The translations under genes and the position numbers were made by a program. Positions 50,647 to 60,120 of a stretch of DNA of 64,000 bases are shown piece by piece. The notes beneath the pieces were generated by a model. The model was not told the DNA's origin. It did no database searches and worked only from the letters and a program-made list of their open reading frames with translations. Numbering within the stretch: position 1 is the stretch's first letter; each line of letters starts with the position of its first letter. Source of the DNA: a bacterium (GTDB lineage Bacteria; Planctomycetota; UBA1135; UBA2386); contig JANSXC010000002.1 of the NCBI GenBank assembly GCA_024743115.1, positions 38,207 through 102,206 on the forward strand, read 5' to 3'.

Positions 50647-53148
50647 ATGCCGAAACCACTTGTCCGTTGGGCGACGAAACCGCTCGCACGGATCGCTCTC
50701 CCGCTCGTGCTCTCGACGACCGCACTAGCTGTCCTCACACCGCTCGCAACCTCCCAGTGCGCGACGGACTGGGTCCCGGGCGATGGCTACCCCGGCGTCC
50801 ACGGCAACATCTACGAGGCGGTCTGGTGGGATCCCGATGGTGCGGGTCCACGCGGTGAAATCCTCGTCGTCGGTGGCAACTACCTGCGGATCTTCACGGT
50901 TGCCGCGGCCAACCTGGCGAGCTGGGACCCCACGACGGGCGAGTGGGCAGCGTGGCCGCCGGGGCCGAGCAATGACGTGTTCTCGCTGGCCGTGATGCCG
51001 AACGGGGATCTCGTTGCCGGAGGGTGGTTCACGCACATCGCGGGGCAACGGGTCACGAACATAGCTCGCTTCAACGGTGCGACCTGGTCGCCGCTCGGGG
51101 GCGGAGTCACGGGCCCGGCGAACGCCTTCGTCAACGCGATCGTGCCGTTGCCGAATGGTGACCTCATCGCGGCAGGCAAGTTCGACATGGCGGGTGGCGT
51201 GCCGTGCAACTCGATCGCGCGCTGGGATGGCTCCAGCTGGTCGCCGCTCGGGGCCGGCATCAACGGCACGGTGCAGGCCGCGGCGCGCGCGCCGAACGGC
51301 GACCTCTTCGTCGGCGGCAACTTCTTCATGGCAGGCGCGCTTGTGGTCAACTCCGTTGCGCGCTGGGACGGTTCGCAGTGGCATACGCTCGGGACCGGGG
51401 TCGGCAGTGGCGGGGTCGACCGGCTGCTCGTCGAGCCGAACGGTGACGTCCTGGTCGGCGGTGGGTTCACGACCGCCGGCGGCCAGGCCATTGGCTACCT
51501 GGCGCGGTGGGACGGCAGTGGTTGGAGCGCGCTCGGGGCCGGTCCGGGCCAGCGGGTGCGGAGCCTGCGGCCGCTGACGAACGGTGATCTGCTGGCGGGC
51601 ACGCAGGCTGGCGCCGTGATGCGTTGGAACGGGCAGGCGTGGTCGCCCCTCGGCGGCGGGCTCGGTACGGCCCCGCCGACCGCGTTGGCGGAGCTGAGCG
51701 GCGGCGACGTGCTGGCGCTCGGCTATCCGTTCCCGCCCTTTCGCGGCGCCGCGCGCTGGAACGGTGCGACCTGGCGTTCGCTGCCAAGAGGGTTCGACGA
51801 ACGGATCTATACCATCGGGCATGACGCGGCCGGCGACCTGGTCGTCGGTGGTCACTTCTTGAGCTACGACAACGACCCGTCCACTTCGTTCCTGGCTCGG
51901 TTCGACGGGGCCGCCTGGTCGGGGATCGGTGGCGGTGTCCGAGGCCCGGTGCACGCCACGGCGGTGCTGCCCAACGGCGACCTCGTGGTGGCCGGGGACC
52001 TCTCGTCCGCGGGCGGGCGCGCCGTGCAGAAGATCGCCCGGTGGGATGGCGCGGCCTGGCATCCGATGGGGAGTGGTTTCGGTTTCCGCGTCAACGATCT
52101 CGCGGTGCTGCCGAATGGCGATCTCGTCGCGGCGGGCGCGTTCGTCACGAGTGGCTCGCGCTCCATGCGGCGCGTGGCGCGCTGGGATGGCGTCGATTGG
52201 CGGTCCATGGCGGGCGGTATGGACGCCGAGGTGCGCGATCTGACCGTCATGCAGAACGGGCACCTGCTGGCAGGGGGCTACTTCTCCCAGGCCGGCGGCG
52301 GCTTCGCGCCGTTCGTTGCGGTCTGGGACGGCACCGCGTGGGGGCTTCTGGGAAACAACAACGGCAGCTGGCCCGCGTGGGAGGTGGACACGGTCACGCA
52401 GCTTCGGAATGGCGACGTGATCGTCGGCGGTCGCTTCCAGTCGGCCGGTGGCGTGTCGTGCAACAACGTCGCGAGGTTCGACGGCGCGAACTGGTCGTCG
52501 GTCGGTCCGGGTGTCGGCTACCGCGCGGTCACCGTTCAGGAACTGCCCAACGGCGACCTGGTGCTCGCCGGATCCTGGGAGACGATCCGCTGGGACGGCG
52601 TCCAGGCCACGCCGTTCGCGACCATCGGGATTCAGGCGATGGCCATGACGAAGTCCGGCGACCTCGCGGTTGGGGGTTCCTTCGTCGTCGACCACCCCAA
52701 CGTGTCGGCCTACTTCGGCCGGATCCGGACCAGCTGTCCCGCGGATGTGCGGTCGCTGCCGACCGGCTGTGTCGGCAGCACGGGTCCCGTTGAACTGGCC
52801 GCGGTTGGACTGCCGTGGGTCGGGGCCGACTTCACGTCGCGCGCCACGGGCTTCACCCCCGGTTCGATCGGTGTTGCGCTGCTCGGGCTGACGTCACCGG
52901 ATATCCCGTGGACCTGGCTCTGGCCCAATACGGGGCCGGGCTGCCAGCAGCTGGCGAGTCAGGAGGCGATCCTGCTGACCTTGCCGCAAGGCTCTGCCGC
53001 GGGCTTCTCGTTCACGATTCCGAACGATCAGGCGTTCGTCGGTCTGCAGCTGTATCACCAGTTCCTGCACTTCGAGGTCGACGTCAACAACCACCTCGGT
53101 CGGCTGAGCGCTTCGAACGCGCTCGAGCTCGTGATCGGCGCGTTCTAG
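50647..53148 (+). CDS. Secreted repeat (beta-propeller-type) protein, about 13 x ~47-aa ARWDG..W..LG repeats, with shared C-terminal module
   Basis: 833-aa ORF with signal peptide ...LTPLATSQC. Repeats such as LPNGDLIAAGKFDMAGGVPCNSIARWDGSSWSPLGAGINGTV. The tail is ...FVGLQLYHQFLHFEVDVNNHLGRLSASNALELVIGAF. Confidence 0.85.
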   Translation: MPKPLVRWATKPLARIALPLVLSTTALAVLTPLATSQCATDWVPGDGYPGVHGNIYEAVWWDPDGAGPRGEILVVGGNYLRIFTVAAANLASWDPTTGEWAAWPPGPSNDVFSLAVMPNGDLVAGGWFTHIAGQRVTNIARFNGATWSPLGGGVTGPANAFVNAIVPLPNGDLIAAGKFDMAGGVPCNSIARWDGSSWSPLGAGINGTVQAAARAPNGDLFVGGNFFMAGALVVNSVARWDGSQWHTLGTGVGSGGVDRLLVEPNGDVLVGGGFTTAGGQAIGYLARWDGSGWSALGAGPGQRVRSLRPLTNGDLLAGTQAGAVMRWNGQAWSPLGGGLGTAPPTALAELSGGDVLALGYPFPPFRGAARWNGATWRSLPRGFDERIYTIGHDAAGDLVVGGHFLSYDNDPSTSFLARFDGAAWSGIGGGVRGPVHATAVLPNGDLVVAGDLSSAGGRAVQKIARWDGAAWHPMGSGFGFRVNDLAVLPNGDLVAAGAFVTSGSRSMRRVARWDGVDWRSMAGGMDAEVRDLTVMQNGHLLAGGYFSQAGGGFAPFVAVWDGTAWGLLGNNNGSWPAWEVDTVTQLRNGDVIVGGRFQSAGGVSCNNVARFDGANWSSVGPGVGYRAVTVQELPNGDLVLAGSWETIRWDGVQATPFATIGIQAMAMTKSGDLAVGGSFVVDHPNVSAYFGRIRTSCPADVRSLPTGCVGSTGPVELAAVGLPWVGADFTSRATGFTPGSIGVALLGLTSPDIPWTWLWPNTGPGCQQLASQEAILLTLPQGSAAGFSFTIPNDQAFVGLQLYHQFLHFEVDVNNHLGRLSASNALELVIGAF

Positions 53149-53240
53149 TGCGAACATCGGGCCCGCCAGCGTCTGGGCACGGGGTCTCCGTGCCGGCGCG
53201 AAGCTTGCTGGCCCGCAATCCTGATACCTTGGAAGTTGCC

Positions 53241-55739
53241 ATGCCGAGACCTGTCGCCGTTCGTCTGATCGCTGCCACGATGCTCTGTCTGCCGCCGGCC
53301 ACCGCACAGTGCACGACGGGATGGGCCGTGGGGAATACGCCGGGCACTGGCCACGCCGTCGACGATGCCGCCTGGTGGGACCCGGACGGCAGCGGCCCGC
53401 TCGGTGAGGTGCTCGTGGTGACCGGCCGCTTCTCGGTGGCCGGCAACCAGTCGGTGCAGGGGCTCGCCGTATGGGATCCGGGCGTGGGGGAGTTCGTGCC
53501 GTTCGCGGGTTCTACGAGTCCGTCTCCCCACGGTGGTTCCCTCAGCGTCGGCCCCGCAGGGGAGCTCGTGTTCGGTGGGCGCTGGCAGTGGACCGGGAGT
53601 GGCTGGCAGGACTTCGGCGCGCCGCCGTGGTTCCTCGCGCCGGGCCTCGCGGCGCACCTGCCGAACGGCGATGTGGTCACGGCGCACACCTACTTCTACC
53701 CCTACTGTGGACTGTGCGGCCTGGTCACGTATGCCGACGTGCAGGTATGGAACGGCACGACCTGGACACGTCTGCCGGGGTTCCCCGGTTACCGCTACAA
53801 CCAGGCGACCGTTTCGGATCTGGCGGTCTTGCCGAACGGCGACGTAGTCGTCGTCGGCGCCTTCGCCGGCGGTAACGTAGCCGTCTGGGACGGGACGTCG
53901 TGGAGTAGCCTCGGCAGCGGCCTCAACGGCTATGTCCGAGCGGTCGACGTGATGAGCAACGGTGACCTGGTGGCCTGCGGTTCGTTCACACTGCCTGGTG
54001 GCGACGGCGTCGCGCGCTGGAACGGTACGAGCTGGGTGCCGGTCGGGGGCGGCGTCACCGGTTCGCCGTTGGGCGCCGTGGACCTCGAGGTGATGCCATC
54101 CGGCGATCTCGTGGTCGCGGGTTACGTGACGACTGCGGGGGGCGCGCCGGTGCAAGGCATCGCGCGTTGGGACGGCGCCTCGTGGTCGTCGATCGACGGC
54201 ACGGCGCGTGACCATTTCGGCGTGCGCAAGGTTCTGGCCGCGGCCAGCGGCGAGCTCTTCGCGGGCGGGTCGTTCCGATCGATCGGCGGCGCGGCCGCGC
54301 TCCACGTTGCGCGCTACGACGGTTCGGCCTGGCATGCGTTGGCGCCGGGCTTCGACGGCGCGATCTACGGCGCGCTCACGCGCAGGAACGGCAATCTCGT
54401 GGTCGCTGGCCGGTTCGAACTCGCCGGCACCCAGGCCTGTCGTGGCATTGCCGAATGGGACGGGACGAATTGGTCTCCGCTCGGTAGCGGCCTCGTCGAT
54501 GCCAGCGCCGTCGTGCCCGAGTTCGCGCTGCTCGAATTGCCGAGCGGCGATCTGCTCGTCGGTGGCGACGTGTCGCAAGCCGGTGGTGTCGCGGTCAACC
54601 ACATCGCGCGCTGGGACGGGGCGGCGTGGTCGGCGGTCGGCGCGGGCTTGCCGTACGCCGTGCGTTCTCTGAGCCTCGCCCAGAACGGCGACGTCATCGC
54701 CGGCGTTGGCGACTACCCGGGTCCAGGTGAAGTCTGGCGTTTCGACGGTGTCGCGTGGACGCGGCTCGGACCGACCGCCGACGGCGTCGTCAATGTGGTT
54801 CTGCATCTGCGGAACGGCGATCTGCTCGCGGGTGGGCGTTTCATGAACTTCGGCGGGGCGCCGGTGAGCCATCTCGCGCGGTGGGACGGCACCGCCTGGA
54901 GTGCCTACGCGGGTGGCCGATTCGCCGCCGTGACGGCGTTGCTCGAGGCCGCGAACGGGGATCTGATTGCGGGCGGCGAGTTCCCGGTCGCGGGCCTCAT
55001 CTCGCGCTGGGACGGCACTGCATGGTCGCGTTTCGGGCTCGGGCTCGAGAACTCGTCGGGACCGGCGGCCGCGGTGAACGGGCTGGTCGAGTTGCCCAAC
55101 GGCGATCTGCTGGCCACGGGATCGTTCGAGCGCAGTCCGGGCGCGAATGCGTGGACGCGAGGGGTCGCCCGTTGGGACGGCACCGAGTGGCTGCCGGTTG
55201 ACGACGGGCTCAACGACGACTGCGAGGCGGTGACCGTGATGCCGGACGGCAGCGTGGTCGTGGGGGGCAGGTTCACCGCCACGGTCACCAAGCCCGCGGC
55301 GTTCCTGGCGCGTCTCGCGACGGATTGCCCGGCGTCCGTTGCAACGTTGCCGACTGCCTGCGTCGGTCCGGCGGGCCCGGTCGAACTCGCGGCGGCGGCA
55401 TTGCCGTGGGTGGGCACGACCTTCCGTTCGACGGCTACCGGCTTCGCAGCCAACTCGCTCGGCGTCTCGCTGCTCGGGCTCGGCTCACCCGGCGTACCCT
55501 TGAACTGGCTGTGGTCGAACACGTTGCCCGGTTGCGAGCAGCTCGCCAGTCACGAAGCGATTCAGCTGGTGTTGCCGCAGGGCGGCGCAGCGAACTACGC
55601 GTTCACGATTCCGGCCGATCCCGTGTTTGCCGGGCTCGAACTCTTCCATCAGTTCTTGCACTTCGACCTCGACGCCAACAACAACCTGCTCACGCTGAGT
55701 TCGTCGAACGGTCTGCAGCTGGTGCTCGGCGCCTTCTAG
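53241..55739 (+). CDS. Secreted repeat (beta-propeller-type) protein, tandem paralog of 50647..53148, with shared C-terminal module
   Basis: The ORF is open from 52815. ATG 53241 gives the signal peptide MPRPVAVRLIAATMLCLPPATAQC. Same repeat architecture as its neighbour. The tail is ...FAGLELFHQFLHFDLDANNNLLTLSSSNGLQLVLGAF. Confidence 0.85.
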   Translation: MPRPVAVRLIAATMLCLPPATAQCTTGWAVGNTPGTGHAVDDAAWWDPDGSGPLGEVLVVTGRFSVAGNQSVQGLAVWDPGVGEFVPFAGSTSPSPHGGSLSVGPAGELVFGGRWQWTGSGWQDFGAPPWFLAPGLAAHLPNGDVVTAHTYFYPYCGLCGLVTYADVQVWNGTTWTRLPGFPGYRYNQATVSDLAVLPNGDVVVVGAFAGGNVAVWDGTSWSSLGSGLNGYVRAVDVMSNGDLVACGSFTLPGGDGVARWNGTSWVPVGGGVTGSPLGAVDLEVMPSGDLVVAGYVTTAGGAPVQGIARWDGASWSSIDGTARDHFGVRKVLAAASGELFAGGSFRSIGGAAALHVARYDGSAWHALAPGFDGAIYGALTRRNGNLVVAGRFELAGTQACRGIAEWDGTNWSPLGSGLVDASAVVPEFALLELPSGDLLVGGDVSQAGGVAVNHIARWDGAAWSAVGAGLPYAVRSLSLAQNGDVIAGVGDYPGPGEVWRFDGVAWTRLGPTADGVVNVVLHLRNGDLLAGGRFMNFGGAPVSHLARWDGTAWSAYAGGRFAAVTALLEAANGDLIAGGEFPVAGLISRWDGTAWSRFGLGLENSSGPAAAVNGLVELPNGDLLATGSFERSPGANAWTRGVARWDGTEWLPVDDGLNDDCEAVTVMPDGSVVVGGRFTATVTKPAAFLARLATDCPASVATLPTACVGPAGPVELAAAALPWVGTTFRSTATGFAANSLGVSLLGLGSPGVPLNWLWSNTLPGCEQLASHEAIQLVLPQGGAANYAFTIPADPVFAGLELFHQFLHFDLDANNNLLTLSSSNGLQLVLGAF

Positions 55740-55794
55740 CAGGATTGGCCGTTTCGCGGCCAACCCTGCTCAGGACCTGAGTGTAGCGGCGCTC

Positions 55795-57675
55795 CTACCG
55801 ATCGCCGATCAGGGAGCTGATGGGCACCGCGCCGCCTACGAACCAGAATCCGCGATCGTCGCCGAAATTGTAGCCGCCGCCGACCTGGATCCAGTCGCGC
55901 AGGATCGAGACCGTCGCAGCGACGCCGAGTTCGGGTTGGTCGTCGCCGTTGAAGTCCAACGCGGCGAACGAGAAGCCGATGCCGGCGTCGATGAATCGGT
56001 TGTAGAACGACGAACTGCGGCTGCCGCGTTTGAGCAGCACGCTGTAGGCGGGCACCGTTGCGAAGTCCGTCTGCTGATTCGCCTGTCCCGAGGGATTGGC
56101 GAACATCAGCAAGGGGGTCGACGTGACGTGTGCCAGCACCTGGTACATCGCCAGTTCGTTCTCTTCGACGATCTTGCGGCTCTTCGGGTCGTCGCCTCTT
56201 CCGATCGCGATCCGGAAGAGGAGCTTGTCGCCCGGTTCGCGCGCGCCGGTCCGCAACAGGTTGAGCTCGGTTTCGTCCGGGACCTGGTCGATAGATAGGC
56301 GCTTGACCTCTTCGCCCATCGTCAGCACGTCGCGGTTGATCTGTCGGCCGGCGAGCAGGAGCCGGGCCTGCAGGCCCATGGCGTTTACCAGCTCTTCCGC
56401 GAGGGAGCTCAGATCGTTGGCCGACTTGGCGAGGGTGCCGGCGGCGGACTTCAGCTCTGCGCCGATCTGCTCGATGTCGCCCTGGACTCCCGCGACCGTC
56501 GCGGCGAGCTGTTTCGTGCGTTCGACGACAGCGGCGAAGTCGGCTCGCACGTCACTCAAGAATGCCAGCGGGTCCTGGGTTGCCGTCGCGTTGGATCGGT
56601 ATTTGGCCTCGAGCTGGCCGAGGTATTCACGGTAGTCGTCGACGGCAGCGCTGACCTTCGCGATCCGCGCCTTCACCGTGGCGACGGCGGCTCGGACGTT
56701 GGCATCGGCGCTCGCTTCTGCGGCCTGCACCGTCGCTCGGGCGTCGGCCGCGATCTTCTGCAGGTGCTTTTCGAAATCGGCGCGAATCGAGTTCAGAAAG
56801 CTGCGCGCGACGCGCTTGGCGGCGGTGGCAGGCTCGACGCCTTTCTGTTCGATCTCCTTGGCGGCGTTGGCGTAGCCCTCGAACTGCTTCTGCTGCTCTT
56901 CGTCGAGGTTGACGACGACGCGGTCCACGCGGAAATAGTCACCTTCGGGGTAATCGTCGAAGCCCGGCAGGTGAACGGGCGTCGTGCCGCCCCCGGTTGC
57001 GATCCAGGCGCCGAGTTGGACGAAGATTCCCTTGGCCGCCAGGGAGCGGGTCAGGTCGGTGCGCAGTTCCTCGGCGCGCCTGGCAGCCAGCTGCAGGTAG
57101 AACGCGTATTGCTCCGCGACGGACGGGAAACCGTCGTAGCTCGCGATGAACTCGTTGAACGCCGCCTTCGACCCCAGGAACTCGAACTCGTCGAGGGCCT
57201 TCTTGATGGTCTTGTATTCGCTGGTCACGGGCTTCATGCCCTCAGCGAGCGCCTTCTGCGCGGCGTCATCCTTGGTGCTCTCGGCCCAGACCTGCAGAGC
57301 CCTGGTCATCGCCGGCAGGTGTTCGAGTCCTTTCTGCGCCGCATCGTGAATCGCGAACAGCGCGGCGATCTGCTTGTCGTCGAGCTTGTCGGCCCCGAAG
57401 CGCTGCGCCGAACGACGCCGCAGCTCCCCTTGGTCGATGCGAACCACGAGCCGGCTGTTGACGTCGACGATTCCACCGAAGCGCGGAACCCGGTGTCGGC
57501 CACCGTCCTCGTCACGCTCGTCGATCGTGAGTACGGGCTTCCTGGGGCCGTCCTTGCCGGTCTCGGCCCCGAGCACTTCGCCGAGCCACGCCGAGCCCTC
57601 CGTCAGGTGTCCGAACGAGCTGCAACCGTGGCCGACGAAGAGCAGCAGGACGCAGGCGATCTTGGCGCAATGCAT
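55795..57675 (-). CDS. Lipoprotein candidate with long helical (coiled-coil-like) region and beta-rich C-terminal domain, function unknown
   Basis: 626-aa ORF with lipobox-like LLLFVGHGCSS. Ala/Glu/Lys/Gln-rich helical middle. The C-terminus is ...GFSFAALDFNGDDQPELGVAATVSILRDWIQVGGGYNFGDDRGFWFVGG. Separated by 3 nt from the upstream small gene. Confidence 0.7.
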   Translation of the reverse strand: MHCAKIACVLLLFVGHGCSSFGHLTEGSAWLGEVLGAETGKDGPRKPVLTIDERDEDGGRHRVPRFGGIVDVNSRLVVRIDQGELRRRSAQRFGADKLDDKQIAALFAIHDAAQKGLEHLPAMTRALQVWAESTKDDAAQKALAEGMKPVTSEYKTIKKALDEFEFLGSKAAFNEFIASYDGFPSVAEQYAFYLQLAARRAEELRTDLTRSLAAKGIFVQLGAWIATGGGTTPVHLPGFDDYPEGDYFRVDRVVVNLDEEQQKQFEGYANAAKEIEQKGVEPATAAKRVARSFLNSIRADFEKHLQKIAADARATVQAAEASADANVRAAVATVKARIAKVSAAVDDYREYLGQLEAKYRSNATATQDPLAFLSDVRADFAAVVERTKQLAATVAGVQGDIEQIGAELKSAAGTLAKSANDLSSLAEELVNAMGLQARLLLAGRQINRDVLTMGEEVKRLSIDQVPDETELNLLRTGAREPGDKLLFRIAIGRGDDPKSRKIVEENELAMYQVLAHVTSTPLLMFANPSGQANQQTDFATVPAYSVLLKRGSRSSSFYNRFIDAGIGFSFAALDFNGDDQPELGVAATVSILRDWIQVGGGYNFGDDRGFWFVGGAVPISSLIGDR

Positions 57676-57678
57676 GGG

Positions 57679-58041
57679 CTACTCCGTGCTCGCGAAGGCA
57701 TCGAACAAGCGCGAGAAGTCCGTGTCGTCGGTCTCCTTGATCACGTCGCAGACCTTGTCCGCCATCGAGATGGCGATCCCGAGAGCGGTATCGCCGACCT
57801 GGTCACCGCCCTTCAGAGCGGCGATGTCTTCGGCGATGTGGTCGCGCTTGCGTGCCCAGATGACGTACCGCGGATCGTTCTTCTTCCCGGCGAGCTTGGA
57901 CGCCCGGCGGACCAGGGCTTCGGTTTCTTCGCCCTTGCCGAACACGACGAGTAACGCGTACGGCTCGTCACGGACGAACTCGACGAAGAGCTTGCGGGCC
58001 AACTTCTTCTCGTCGGTCGGCAGGATGAGTGTCTTCCACAT
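57679..58041 (-). CDS. Small hypothetical protein (120 aa)
   Basis: ATG 58041 is preceded by AAGGAG at a 6-nt spacing (CTCCTT 58048-58053 on the + strand). Balanced composition. No family recognised. Confidence 0.65.
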   Translation of the reverse strand: MWKTLILPTDEKKLARKLFVEFVRDEPYALLVVFGKGEETEALVRRASKLAGKKNDPRYVIWARKRDHIAEDIAALKGGDQVGDTALGIAISMADKVCDVIKETDDTDFSRLFDAFASTE

Positions 58042-58235
58042 GGTTTTCTCCTTCGGCTTCGCGGTGGGCTGCTGCGCAGTCCCGACCGCACTGCTCGATC
58101 GGACCTCGCGACGGACTCGATTGCAAGTCTTCGCGCCGGCGGTGCCCGTTCTCGCGGAGCGCCTCGTCGCGAGTCGTCGAGTTGGAGGACTACGCTGCGA
58201 TGACGCAGCTCACCATGCCCCGCGGTCGCCTTCGT

Positions 58236-60095
58236 TCAGACGAGGCAGAAGCGCTTGCCGTCCTGCGAGTGCACGAGTGGATCGCGATGCAGCAGTTCGG
58301 CCAGGCAATCGGCGAACTCGGCGAGGTCCGTGCGCTGACGAAGGATCTCGTCGACGGTGAGCTGGACCCCGGCCTCACGGAGCGCGGTGCGCGCGAGCCG
58401 AGTCAGGGTCTGGCCGAGTGCGAGGCCGTGCTGTGCCACGATCTCGCCGGGCAGCACGTCGACCCAGCCGTGGCGGCGCACGATCTCGGCCAGGAGCAGC
58501 GGGCTGAGCCACTCGCCGCCGAGATCCGTCGCATCGACCTCGGACTTGAGCACTGCGAGGGTGACGTAGCCGCCACGGTCATCGAGCACGCGCTGGGTGA
58601 GCTTGCGCAGTCGGCGCAGCCGTTGCTCGTTGAACGGGTAGTTCGTCAACGTGTCGACGCGGTCGGGCTCTGGCCGGACGAACATCCGGTTCTCCTGCAG
58701 CAGGCGTTGCACGAGTCGACGCCTGGTGGGCGGCTGGTTCTCGACGAACATGCTCTCGACCACGTCGCCGGAGGCCCGCCGGAAGTCCGCGAGCAACTGC
58801 ACCATGACCTGTGAGCGGCGTTGGGTGGCCGGGCAGGCTTCGCCGCGCCCGAGCAGCCGCACGCGCTCGTCGCGGCGGATACAGTCCATGACGAGCCAGG
58901 ACGTTGCTTCGTCACAGCCGTCGCTGGCGAGCCAGCGCAAGACGTTCTGCTTGCCGCCCTCGGCGCAGATCCAGCGGGCGGCGCGGTCCGCGATCAGAGC
59001 CGCAGCTTCGAGGTCCTCCTCGTGCCAGCGCCGGAGTGCGAACCGGCGGGGGCCGACGAGAACGAACGTCGGCTCGCGGCGCAGCACCTGTTCGACGTGG
59101 TTCGGCGTGACGCGGCGGTAGCGCTCGCGATAGGCGAAGAACAGGTCCGTGAGAGTCATCGGACTACCCTCTTCGTCGAGGAGCTCGGCGAGGCGGGACG
59201 CGGGCGAGCGTGGATCGGGGACGATGACTTCGCCCGACTCGTGAATCGCGAACGACAGCCGCAGTTCCGTGCGCAGCACGTGCGTCAACAGCCCGAGCGG
59301 AATCGGTCGACGACCGTTGCCGAGATCGTCGAACAACTCCGCGAGCGGCAGCGGCAGGCGGTGGCGCGCGACCGCCGTTCGTAGCTGGTCGATCAGGCGA
59401 CGAAGGCCGCGCGGTGAGATCCCGACCAGCAGGCCCTGGTGCAGGTGGTATTCGTGCGGGAAGCAGAACGCGGCGAGACGCACCGGGAAGTGCACGTCCT
59501 CGTTGGCCTCGGCCATCGTCGCCATCATCGAGCCCCGGGCGACGCGGCGTGGATCCACGACGCCGTCGAACGTCCGCAACTCGAACGCGAGTTCCTCGCG
59601 GAGCTTCGGCAGCAGGGAGCGCGAGCGCTCGTGCAGGCGAGTTCGGGTGCGTTCGGCGAGGGCCTCGGCGGAACGCAAGTCGAGGCCGGTTCGGCGCGCG
59701 AACTGCACCAGGGTTACGGGCGCCTCGTCGATCCCGATCAGGCCCCGGAGGAGTGTGCGCTGATTGTCCTCCAGTGGCAGGAGCAGGTGGGCCTGCAGCG
59801 CGGGCCAGTCGCGCGGATCGAACGGGATGGTCGGCGCGAGATTCGGCAGTCCGCGTTCGATCGCGTTGCCGATCGCGGCGCGGAGCGTGGCGACCGTGTT
59901 GTCGTCCAGCCAGGTCTCGCCGGGTGCATCGGCGATCGCCAGCAGATCGCCGAGGGTCGTTGCGTCCCGTTCGTGGAGCGCGGTGTTGAGCAACGGCGAG
60001 AGCCCGAGATCACCGACCGGTAGCCGAAGCAGTTGCGTGGGCAGCAACTGCATGGCGATCGTCGCGGTCGTCGTGGTCTCGGAGTGGGTGGTCAT
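58236..60095 (-). CDS. Hypothetical 619-aa protein with RpoA-alpha-CTD-like HhH and sigma-70 region-4-like segments
   Basis: Uninterrupted ORF. N-terminal LRLPVGDLGLSPLLNTALHERDATTLGDLL resembles the alpha-CTD pattern (L.LS.R..N.L....I.T.GDL). LEDNQRTLLRGLIGIDEAPVTLVQFARRTGLDLRSAEALAERTRTRL resembles sigma region 4. The rest is unassigned. Confidence 0.65.
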   Translation of the reverse strand: MTTHSETTTTATIAMQLLPTQLLRLPVGDLGLSPLLNTALHERDATTLGDLLAIADAPGETWLDDNTVATLRAAIGNAIERGLPNLAPTIPFDPRDWPALQAHLLLPLEDNQRTLLRGLIGIDEAPVTLVQFARRTGLDLRSAEALAERTRTRLHERSRSLLPKLREELAFELRTFDGVVDPRRVARGSMMATMAEANEDVHFPVRLAAFCFPHEYHLHQGLLVGISPRGLRRLIDQLRTAVARHRLPLPLAELFDDLGNGRRPIPLGLLTHVLRTELRLSFAIHESGEVIVPDPRSPASRLAELLDEEGSPMTLTDLFFAYRERYRRVTPNHVEQVLRREPTFVLVGPRRFALRRWHEEDLEAAALIADRAARWICAEGGKQNVLRWLASDGCDEATSWLVMDCIRRDERVRLLGRGEACPATQRRSQVMVQLLADFRRASGDVVESMFVENQPPTRRRLVQRLLQENRMFVRPEPDRVDTLTNYPFNEQRLRRLRKLTQRVLDDRGGYVTLAVLKSEVDATDLGGEWLSPLLLAEIVRRHGWVDVLPGEIVAQHGLALGQTLTRLARTALREAGVQLTVDEILRQRTDLAEFADCLAELLHRDPLVHSQDGKRFCLV

Positions 60096-60120
60096 CTCTG
60101 GTTGGTCGAACGCTCCACTG

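Noticed and set aside
50725-54872. 656-aa and 575-aa minus-strand ORFs opposite the two propeller genes
   Set aside because: Arg/Pro/Gly/Asp-rich. The plus-strand frames show a regular 47-aa repeat, signal peptides and the shared C-terminal module.
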